A stretch of DNA of 64,000 nt. Origin: Dudresnaya verticillata (lineage: Eukaryota). Each line of letters opens with the position of its first letter. Within the stretch, counting starts at the first letter, position 1. Under the pieces are notes generated by a model. It worked only from the letters and a program-made list of their open reading frames with translations, was not told where the DNA came from and made no database searches. Made by a program: the position numbers and the translations under genes. The stretch is taken from assembly GCA_977862235.1 (NCBI GenBank), contig OZ374563.1:806001-870000 (forward strand). The letters run 5' to 3'. This document shows, piece after piece, positions 1 through 9,765 of the stretch.

Positions 1-289
1 GCCAGCATGGGCCTATCGGGTCAAACCCGTAAAACACCGCGTTTGTCATGGACGAAGCTGGCTCAAAGCGGGTTTCGGCTACGCTGAGCAACGAGAATTT
101 TAGTTTGCAGACTCGTTACGAACTTCAAAAACGCCGGTATCGCGATGAATGAAAGGCAAATAGGCCAACAGGAGTTCCTGAGTAGTATGCAAACGGTTTC
201 CCGTGTGGAACGCCAGAAGGAGCGCCTTAGAGGTATGGAAACCGAGCCGAGGGATGTCTCCAAATGCCCAGGCGTTTGTGGGAGAATCC

Positions 290-2530
290 ATGGAATGATT
301 CCATTTAGAGCCAAGCGGAGCACCCGCATGACGTGGTCACGTGTGTCGACTTATTGTGTCACTCTCGATCGGGCATGACCCGGATGCTCCGGGTGGTAAC
401 AAACAGGCGCATGCCGATTGAAACCCATGCACGCAATCCCGTTTTTTCCTGCTAAGGGAGTTTCCCAATTGTGTCGGGATGGTTACCGACCTGGCCTCCG
501 CCGTCTTGAGGCAGCAACTACGGGTATCCGTTTTTGGCATAACCCGATAATGGGTTAGTCGAAATCCGACATTGTGTCGAGGAAGCGAGTCGGCGAAGTA
601 GGATTCGTCCAAGGGTCGCTACTGCCAAGATGGTGGCACCTGATTGGATAAATTGAATTTTGGGCAAACGGCAGCCAATCGAACTCGCAATCTTGGCGTA
701 CAGTGCGTAACTTGCGAGGACTGTCCGCACTATGGCAGCGGCTTCTCGTTGAGGTTTGACCACGCCAATTGTGCCTCAGCAGGTAACTGCAATGGGAGCG
801 CTTGTGGAATGCCGCGCAATAGCAATTCCAATTGATGCCAATGGACTTGGGCGTGAACTTCCTGTCGTGTGGGGTACCACTTTTGCGAATGACGGGCGCG
901 GGGGCATTCCCTGACCGTTGGGGTGTGTGAATGCTCAAGGCCATTAATGGCTCAGATTAGCTGTTACGGAATTCCGTTTTGAACAGGGTTGTCTTTTTCG
1001 ATTTAGCCGCAGACGGCTTGGGGGAGGCAGCAGCGGTTTGCCGTAGGCTGTGTAGGGGTGTGCCCCACATGATTTCATTAATGGGTTCTGCGGGGCGCCG
1101 CACATTGGATTGGTAGGGAGCGTCGCGTCGGTTTTGACGCGAACGTTCCGCGATATGGGATTCCACTTCTCTTGTACGACCTGCGCAAAGGCGTTCCCCA
1201 CTTCATGGGGAACGGATGCTCAAGGCCGTTGTCGGCTCGGGGTAGTCATTACGGAACTCCGTTTTGGGCATACTTGCCTTTGTTGACTTAGCCGTATTCG
1301 ACTTCGAGAGAGACGAAGGTGATCAATTGCGGCCAACCGCTAGGGTGAGTGGGTGCGCGTAGGGTGTGTCTGATTGGCGCTGCGATAATTATTATCGTGC
1401 CTGACCAATGCGATTCTACACCGTGGCGTACAGTACTCCCATTGTGTGCGCGGTGTCTACTGTGGCATCGACTCCTGAACCCGACTCTTCAACGTGGTAT
1501 GTCCACTTCATTTGCAACTTAGCAGCTGCCTGCACGCGTCCCGTTTTGGCGCTAGCCCACCATCGCCTTTTCTATCGTAGCCGGAACGCCAAAGCGTTTC
1601 CGTTTGCAGTAGGAGATGATTTGACTCCTTGGTAGATGTTGTATGGGTTCCCATGTATCAGACGACGGATACCCGTACCATTTGACTTCAAACAGAGCTC
1701 TGTATTGGCGTACTCGTGGTCCACCACTTTCTCATTGACCTGTCCAACAAGAAGGAGTAGCCGATTCACAACTACTCCGTGTGCGGATTGGCCGCAAAGG
1801 ACAGCCGCACAGCAGCAGTCGACTCTGGATCCATCTCGAGCGGTATCCCGCAATTCTCCATCGCCGCTGAACAAGTCAGCTGGCACCTCTGGACCACGGT
1901 CAGCGTATTGTTGACCGAACCCGAGTGCGATATGCGTGGGGAACTCCCCTGCTGCAATCCATGCGTATCATGACATCTGCACATTTTGTTTGGCTTCGTA
2001 ATCGACTTGAATTCAAGCTTAAGCGCGGTTACTTGACTGCGGGTTTCCGCTGGAGCGATAAACTTCGTAGCCCTACGTAGACCAGCTGATTCGTGGCGTG
2101 TTCGCCAAATGAGCCCCTCCACTTCAAACGGTAGGAGAAGGGAAATTATGGAATGATTCCATTTGAGGATAAAGTTTCGCGGATGAAGCCGCATGGGGCA
2201 CGATGGATTGAGCTTATCGAGTAACCAGTCATGCGCAAGCCGTTGGAAAACCGACAACGGTATATCGCATCGGCCTCCTCAGGGTACTTCCCTATCATGT
2301 GGAGTTGCTTGCTGACCTGGCCGTTGCCCGTTAGTCGCAGCATCTACGGATCTCCGTTTTTCGCGTAGCCCGTCTGGGACTTAGCCGAAATGCGACGTCT
2401 CTTCGGTGGGGCGCACGATAGTGCGCACGCCGAGGTCAAGGGTGACTGTTGCCAAATTCTGGGATCTGATTGGCCCCAATGTTTGGGGCCAAAGCAACAG
2501 CCAATCCTTGCACATAGCATGGCGTACAGT
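290..2530. repeat. Dispersed degenerate repeat module (3 full copies and 1 partial)
   Basis: TACGG..TCCGTTTT at 519/965/1250/2345. CTGATTGG at 640/1370/2466. TGGCGTACAGT at 694/1424/2520. TGGAATGATTCCATTT at 290/2149. Confidence 0.75.
1551..1735 (-). pseudogene. Frameshifted chromodomain from a Gypsy integrase C-terminus
   Basis: The minus strand reads EKVVDHEYANTEL, then after a 1-nt shift LFEVKWYGYPSSDTWEPIQHLPRSQIISYCKRKRFGVPATIEKAMVG*. This closely resembles the chromodomain at ~19230-19420. Confidence 0.85.
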
Positions 2531-4108
2531 TCATGAAACGCCGACCTGTCCGGTACTTCGCGATGATGCGACCGAGTCCGAGAATAGCCGACTTTCGGCA
2601 ATCATTTGGCTTGACCTGGTAGTCGCGAGGAACGCGTTCGGGTACGGGACTAAGGATCACAGGGGATTCCCCCAGAGGCAATTGCCTAACACGAGGAGCC
2701 ACTTCTACCTCAAGGAGGAGCTCATCTGCAGATGCAAATTGCCCACTTGTGGCTGCAAACTTTGTCGGGTAATCCCGTGGGGAAGTGCCTTCGCGAACGC
2801 GTTTGTCTTCGGGAAATCCCGCTCGTATTATCGACGTTTGCGAAGTAGGAACTTTCCCCCGCTTGTCGGAGACTGCGGAACAATTTCCCCTTGATTGCTC
2901 TGATTCAGAGTCTGCGAAAGGGGCTTGTCCCCAGGTGCTTGCGGATTTCCGCGATGATCTTCCACTCGAGAATTCCTCGGCAGAAGTAACGTGGCCATCC
3001 AAAGTATATGTTTCTGCTGCTGCTTGAGAAGCGGGAGCAGGAATCAGTTGGGGTGGTCCCCAAGTATACAAAGTAGCGAAATCGCTCTGGTTTTGGTTGG
3101 GACTATCTGGCAGTCCCAATAATTGTGGATTGACACCACACTGCCGTTGCCTGGACACCTCTGCCCGGCGTGACGAATTCCCAGTATCAAGTGGCTTTCC
3201 CACAATGATGCTCCGGTAGTCAAAACCGTCGAGTGTAGAACCGTCAGAACGGCGAACTCTAACATTGGGAATTCCCATTTCATCAAACGGGTCCGCGAGG
3301 GAACGTGGTATGGATAAACGCATACTGGGATGTGGTGCAAGTTTGGCAATGACTTGGTGAGGAGAAACCCTCAGTGGGAGTTGACCATAATTGGTGATAA
3401 GCACCAGGAAGGGTTTGTCAGGTTCAACCTGAACAACGCCTGCGTGAACAGTGCACGAGTGCTCTTTTTGGAAACTTGACTGTGGGATCACCACATGAAC
3501 ACCATGGCGCTTTGTCGTCACTTCGACCCAGGTCGTCGCTTGCGGACGCAGCCAAACGGGACGGGTGACTCGCATCTTAGGCGATACACGACCGCGAAGT
3601 GGAGAGTACTCCTGAGATTTTGGAAGGGGCGGTCCCCGAAGCACGCGTTTGTGCATTCTCCGAACTATTGGAACGGAGAGTCCGGAAGCTAACTCGACAC
3701 TTCTCCGGGCCGGCCATATGGCCTCGACGAAATCGTCACAAAAGTCAGCGCCGAATACGGCAGGCACGGAGAGATCTCCAACAACGATGAAGTCAACCTC
3801 CGTATGGATGTCACCGATGGCCACATGAAGTCTGGTAACCCCGAAGGTATTCAGCGGCTTTCCGCGTTCGTCTCGGTAGTCTAGCAGCGGACCGTACCGC
3901 ACTGTTGCTTCTTCTTTCAGGATTACCCGTTGTAGCTCCGACTGCCGAATAAAGTTCGGGCCAGAACAAGTGTCTAGCACCGTGACAGAACGTGTCACCG
4001 ACACCTTTGATAAGCCGAAATCGGCATAGACCGCAGCATTCCGCCCACGCATGATGCGGATTCCCCGCTTAGCACGATGTGGAAGTCTTCTCCAGGGTCG
4101 TCGTAGGG
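2436..4108 (-). CDS. Gypsy aspartic protease plus dUTPase-like region, with no RT/RNase H/integrase core downstream (deleted, non-autonomous derivative)
   Basis: LDTCSGPNFI protease motif and VFGADFCD. Collinear with 61818-63314 (LDTGAGPNFI, ILGCDFCD). The first 17 codons of ORF 2436..4160 lie inside the inserted LTR. Confidence 0.8.
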
Positions 4109-4783
4109 TGTGGTGAAGTGAAAGGCACACCTGTAAGGAGAGCTGATCAGGCAATCCCAATAAGGAGTGATCTCACACGGCACCGGGGTGGTAGAGCTTA
4201 GTTCGTAGACCGAAGGGAGTACCTCGAGCGGCAACACCTGTAAGGAGTAAAGGGACGCAACAGACAAGGGGGACGGTACAGTGCCAGGACAGATACACCG
4301 GGACGGAGGTAAGAGGAATCCGTGCACGGGGCTGGCGAGGGGAAACCGTAAAGGAGTATGAGGGTAAGGCTTAGGGTAAGTCACTTTGCCCAGGGTTGCG
4401 TACCCGTTTACTGTAGGACTCGCGGTGGCCACCCATTAATATACTGGGCGATACGCCCCGCGGTCCGGTCCGTGTGGGCCAGACCCCAATGGGTCTGGTC
4501 CACCAGGTGGGTCCGGCCCTACTGGTCCCGGTCACCGTTGCGGACATGCTCGGCATTCTTATTGGCCGGCTGACACTACGTACTGTACAGCATGATTATA
4601 ATTACCTAATGACAAATAAATCAACTACTTGACTCCTATTGGTGGTGCGCGCAGACTCCAGCAAGGCGTACAGTGCTACTGTGTCGCTGCACTCCGCTTC
4701 GGCTTTTGGCGCCAGCTCACCACTGTGCCGGGCGCGGGTCGGCTCAACCGTCATCCGCACTCCGAAACGGCCGCTTCACCACA
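4109..4783 (-). repeat. 3' LTR of Gypsy element 1
   Basis: 10-bp terminal inverted repeat TGTGGTGAAG (4109) ... CTTCACCACA (4783), with a polypurine tract on the minus strand just outside at 4786-4802. Confidence 0.85.
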
Positions 4784-4785
4784 GA

Positions 4786-4802
4786 CCCCCCTCCTTAAAT
4801 GG
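4786..4802 (-). promoter_or_regulatory. Polypurine tract (PPT) of Gypsy element 1
   Basis: Minus strand CCATTTAAGGAGGGGGG, 2 nt before the LTR's TG. Confidence 0.8.
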
Positions 4803-4939
4803 CGACACGTCCTCGTGCGCCTCAGCACGTCTTCTACAACTCCACTCAGGTGTACCCAACAACGGAGAGATCCGCATCGGCAGACTCCACTTCAGGCAGA
4901 TCAACAAACGGAAGGGTCCAAACCGGTGTACCGCTAGCG

Positions 4940-7672
4940 ATGGCGGGCGGGAACACCGACCGCGAACGGAGCCCCTTCCAACCGACACGGCGTACATCGT
5001 CGGTGGGAGCGGGTCCGGCGCCGGAGGCAGAAGAGGGAGGAGGCGGAGGACCTGCGGACACCATAGCGGGAGTTGCGGCGGCGGCGGGCACTACGCCGAC
5101 GCCGCCAGCACGTGCGGGTAGCCCGAGGGTGCCGCGGCGGCGCGATGACGGCGGGGCTCGAAAGGCGCCTACGCCGCTTCCGGATCGGCAGGTTGGGCCG
5201 GGGGCACATCGACCCGGTCTTCCAAAAGGCAACGCCGAGATGGAGTTTGGGAGTTATCATCGCGGCACTCCGCATGGGCGCTATGAGGCTTACGCGCAAG
5301 GTCCCCAGGTTGGTCAGGTTGGGGGTGGAGTAACCTCACCCCCACTCCGATTGGGTGTCGGTGGCGGACCGTCGGGTTCGCTGCCATACGCGCCGGGGAC
5401 ATCGGGGAGCTACCACGGGCGTGTGGACTCGATGGGATACACCGACGAGGGAACTTGACCTGGCCGGGAGTATGATCACCGAATCGGGCGGCGTCAGCGT
5501 ACCGAGGAGGAGCGCGATATGGTGCGTCTCCCCATGCCCGTATCGGTGTTCGTGTCCAACTATGGTGGCACCCTCGAGGGGCGTCGCTACAGTTCTGTTA
5601 CCGACGCCGGTGGGTTAATCAACAACAAACCATTTCCGAATCGGCGTGAAGAGATGTGGAGAGCCAGGTGGATTCACTCAAACTGCAGAGTGCGAACTCC
5701 AGCCGGGTGTGACATCGTGTGGCTAAGGTGCCAGGAAGAAGAAGGCTATCCCGATAAGGTGTGCCGATTGTTGGCTATGGCACATCGACTGCGAGAGCAT
5801 CCTGTTGGTGTCGAGTTCCTGTGCTACGAGAAGCCGTATGACCAAGGGGTTCACTGGTTTGCGAATCCGCGAAGGTGGTCCGACGACGCAGCGAAAGAAC
5901 ATCGACTCCGGTTGCGGAGTAGAGATGGACGCCGACTCGGAAGGGCGATACTCCACACTTGGAATACCAACGAATTCTTCCAGGTGCCGCCGGGGGCACA
6001 CCGTCGCTTGTATTGCACCGCTCCGGATTGGTGGGCTGAATATGAAGTCACCCGTTGGTTGTCAGTGCCAACGCCGACGGTGGTGGCGTACTTCTCCAAC
6101 CGGTTCATTCAGCACCGCGACTGGCAAGCTGCACACCCAGGTGGAGGGAAGTCTGTCGACCATCCGCTGATGACGGTGTTGGGTCGCATACTCCGATCGG
6201 AATGGGCCATGTTAGTCCTCTTTTCCTGGTTACAGGTCACCTACCGGGGTGTAAGAGCCAATACCAAGATGACCGGCTGGAGGGCGTACCCGCGGAGCAG
6301 CACGGATCCGGAAGGTGGCGAGTGCGGGCGCATATTCAAGCTACCCGGGCCGGTTGTCACCCTTATACACCAAGTTGGAGTAGACCGGTTGGTTGAGGGG
6401 ACCGAATACCCCTTGGCGCGTGTGGAGCGTCTCTTCGCGGTTCACGCAGACACCAATTGGGAGCGGACGCCGGGGTTCATCGGTTATCATTGGGATGAAA
6501 ACCGCGTGTTGTCGGTGCCGCCGCTCAACCCCGGGTGTGGTATGGCGTATTTCCTGTCGGAAGAAGACCCCGAGCCGGCGTGGTTGCTCGACGAGAAGAT
6601 ATCCAAACTGGCACGTGATGCGCTCCCGCACGAGGTTCTACCCCATGACGGAGGGGCCATCAAGGGCTCCGCCATCACGCGAGTGGGGTACTCCATCCGG
6701 TGTGCCGTATCAACAGGGACGCCTCGACAGTCCGCCTGCCGACGAGATTACTCCGGTGGCGGTTGACGAGATTGAGAAAGGGCGCGGGGACTCGAGGGTC
6801 CTCGTGCCAAGAGAATCCCCTGGTGGAGAAGCCATAAAGGTGTGGGGCGACTGCACGACTTCGTCACCCAAGAAGACTGTAACGGAGTCTCTTCCTGTAG
6901 GAGTGGAGATCGAGGCGCAAGGGGGCTTGTCGGGGGTGGCTGTAGCATCCACACCAATCGGAACTTCGGAACCGGCTGTCTCGCCGGCGGTCGACAAGAA
7001 CACCAAGTTGGGCAAGGCGGCGAATACCGTAGCGGCAGTTCGTCAGAAGCCCACGGTGGTAGCTGCGGCCGCGGCTAAGTTGGGTCCCGTCGGGGAGCAC
7101 GACGACTCCGAGATGGAAGAGGACGTGACACCAGTGGGGACCGAACAAGTGGAGGCACTCGCGACAACACGACCTGGAGTAGCAGTGAAGGCCCCTACAC
7201 CGAAGCGGGTGAGGTTGCCAAACCGGTGTCGCCCGCGTCGAGTGACTCCGTGACGTTTGTGGCCGCTGCGGGTCCAGGTGGAGGGCCACCCCGTCATGTT
7301 GACCCCGTGACGGTGAAGCAAGAAGAGGGTGCCCCTAAGGAGACGACGAATTGGACCGAAGCGGAGTTGCGCGTCGATGGGGCTGCCCTGCAGCGACTCC
7401 GCGAAGGGTGTAGAGATGCGGGCATGCCCCTTCCGGCGTCGGCGAACGAGGCCATTAACACCGCCGTGCTGTGGGTAGGGCGCCTGGTGCGCCTACGGCG
7501 TACCATACGCGCCTTGCGTCGACGCATGGCAGACACCGGCAGGAGGCTCACCATGATTACCGCGAGGGTATATGGTGAAGATATTCCCGACTTGGAGGAG
7601 AGTGCGGCGAAAGAAGAAGATACGGAGGCTGACCTGGCGCCGCCAGCGAAGCGTCCACGAAATGCGGTGTAA
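4940..7672 (+). pseudogene. Antisense accessory gene X1 (unknown domain X plus C-terminal coiled coil), split by frameshifts
   Basis: ORFs 4799..5458, 5519..6766, 6393..7253 and 7226..7672 tile the interval between integrase and PPT on the opposite strand. The globular Trp-rich core resembles 15730-16260 and 44870-45420. Confidence 0.7.
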
Positions 7673-7859
7673 GCGTAGAAATGCCACTTGTCAATAAAAT
7701 CTTGTGATTTTTGTGAGCCCCCCTTCCGGTGGCGGAGGGGAAGTGGAATAACACCACTGTGGAGTGAGCTCCGAAGGGGCGGGGGTACCCTACCCCCTAC
7801 AAGGCTTTGCGTCAAGTGGGCGACCACCTCGTACCAGAAGTGGTTGCTGGCTTGCCGCC

Positions 7860-8022
7860 AATTCACCAATATGGAGTAGAGCCCCTTGGGCAAGGGTTCT
7901 GTGGTTCCAGAGTCCAGAGGTCATGCCCATTTTGTACCAACGCCAAGCCACCGATATGGAGTAGAGCCCCTTGAGCAAGGGTTCTGGCAACACGGAGTCC
8001 ACGGGTCATGCCCGATTTTTCC
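7860..8022. repeat. Two-copy ~85-bp tandem duplication between the convergent X1 and integrase stops
   Basis: ATGGAGTAGAGCCCCTTG..CAAGGGTTCTG...GGTCATGCCC starting at 7871 and 7956. Confidence 0.85.
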
Positions 8023-8055
8023 AAATCTCCTACTGCGTGGGTGAGTAGCGACTGG

Positions 8056-9756
8056 CTATCGACGTGCGGGAGTTCTGCGACGTCGAGCTGCAGCGGCTGC
8101 CGTGCGCTTTCTATTCCAATAGCGGTGTATGAAGTTTTGCGGCAACTCCTCAGCGGGTTCATACGTGTCCTGGTCTGGTGGGTAGCCGTACCAACGCACC
8201 TTGTAGGTCATGCCCGTGGGTTCTTCGCGGTGTCCCACGATCTGCTCGATAACATACTCCGTGTCGACATCAATTGTCTCCGGCACGGGGGCAGAGATAC
8301 CGCCTGGCGTTTGGGGCGTTACAGTAATACCACCTGGTGTTTGGGGTACTACTGTGGTGCCTCCCGCCTGCTGGGGCACTGTACTGTCCATGTCGGTGTG
8401 TGGCGTAACCGGCGGAGCCAATAGCGGCGCCGGTTGCACGGGAACTCCAATTGGTACCTTAGTGATGCGATCGATGCTGATGGGAATCAGAACGCCATCC
8501 TTCTTGATAGTGACTACAGTATCCGTTGCGGTGTGTACCTCGTAGGGGCCCGTCGATCTTGGGAGGAGCTTCTTCATTTGCTCCGCAAACTCACCGACGT
8601 GGTCAGGGCCTTGACCGAATCGGTCGCGTTCCTTCCGTTCGGTGGGTCGTAAATTACGCGGCGGGCGATCTACGTAAACTTGATCACCACCGCGAACCAT
8701 CGGTCGGAAACGCACCTTACGGTCGAAGAGGGCTTTCGACTTCAGCTGGGCTGTAGTTTGCTTGGTCTGCGCCTTCTGTAGGGCATAGCGCAAACGCCGC
8801 ATGGTGCCCCGCTTTTGGAGTGCGGGCGTCATACGCCCCTCCGTAGCGGTTTCTTCCAACTCCACAGGGGTGCCTCGCACAATAATATCCGATGGGTGCC
8901 GAGTTAACACCAAGTCAAAGGGGGTAGTATCCGTAATCCGGTGTACCTGCATATTGTAGGAGTAGGTTAACGGCTGTAGATATAGATCCCAATCGGTGTG
9001 GTGATCCTCGACGTAGTGGCGGAGGCGCTGCGCTATGGTTTTGTTAAACCGTTCGGCTTGCCCGTTGGTTTGCGGGTGGTAGGCGGCGGTCAGCAAATGC
9101 CGCACTCCGAGTAGGGCACAGACAGCGTCGAAGAACTTCGCCGTGAACTGTCTTCCATTTTCGGTGAGTACAAATTTAGGTGCGCCATACGCATACACCC
9201 AATGGTCTAAAAATGCGTTCGCCACCACGACGGCTGTAATCGTCCGTAACGGAATGCAGCGTGTTAGTTTAGAAAACCGATCGGTGATGACCAGTACAAA
9301 GACGTATCCCCGTTTGGTTTTCGGCAGCGGGCCCAGTATGTCCGTAGCGACAAACGCCAGTGGGCCACTCGCGGGAAATAGCTTCATGAACTTCTGATGC
9401 TTAAACCGCGTGCCGTTGGTTTTGACACATGAGCGGCAACTCCGAACGGTCTCGAATACGTCGTTAGCCATATGTGGCCAATAGTAGTCTCTCCGTAAGG
9501 TGTAGTACATCTTAATACCACCAGGGTGTCCCGACATGAGGGTGTAGTGGGCAAGATACAGGACCCTGCCGCGCATCTGTTGCGGCACCACCTTTTGGAG
9601 TGCGCCGTCGAGGGCAGACTTGCGCACAAGAAACCCATGTCGGTCGTAGTCAAATTGTGATCCAGGGGACCCCACCGATTCGGCTTTAAGCTTGCAGAAA
9701 GTATCTGTTGCTTGCGCGGCTATGAACTCCTCACGGGTGAGGGTCTCATTGCGCAT
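8056..9756 (-). CDS. Gypsy integrase with HHCC, DDE core, GPY/F and C-terminal chromodomain
   Basis: HYTLMSGHPG...CRSC; DILGP; TENGRQF; NGQAERFN; TGPYEV; YVIEQIVGHR...YKVRWYGYPPDQDTYEP. In frame with 9766..11619 across a single TAA. Confidence 0.95.
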   Translation of the reverse strand: MRNETLTREEFIAAQATDTFCKLKAESVGSPGSQFDYDRHGFLVRKSALDGALQKVVPQQMRGRVLYLAHYTLMSGHPGGIKMYYTLRRDYYWPHMANDVFETVRSCRSCVKTNGTRFKHQKFMKLFPASGPLAFVATDILGPLPKTKRGYVFVLVITDRFSKLTRCIPLRTITAVVVANAFLDHWVYAYGAPKFVLTENGRQFTAKFFDAVCALLGVRHLLTAAYHPQTNGQAERFNKTIAQRLRHYVEDHHTDWDLYLQPLTYSYNMQVHRITDTTPFDLVLTRHPSDIIVRGTPVELEETATEGRMTPALQKRGTMRRLRYALQKAQTKQTTAQLKSKALFDRKVRFRPMVRGGDQVYVDRPPRNLRPTERKERDRFGQGPDHVGEFAEQMKKLLPRSTGPYEVHTATDTVVTIKKDGVLIPISIDRITKVPIGVPVQPAPLLAPPVTPHTDMDSTVPQQAGGTTVVPQTPGGITVTPQTPGGISAPVPETIDVDTEYVIEQIVGHREEPTGMTYKVRWYGYPPDQDTYEPAEELPQNFIHRYWNRKRTAAAAARRRRTPARR

Positions 9757-9765
9757 ATCCTCTTG

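Noticed and set aside
4574..4585. CACTACG as a CACTA terminus (also at 32238)
   Set aside because: No matching inverted partner or extended TIR similarity. The 4574 site is inside an LTR.
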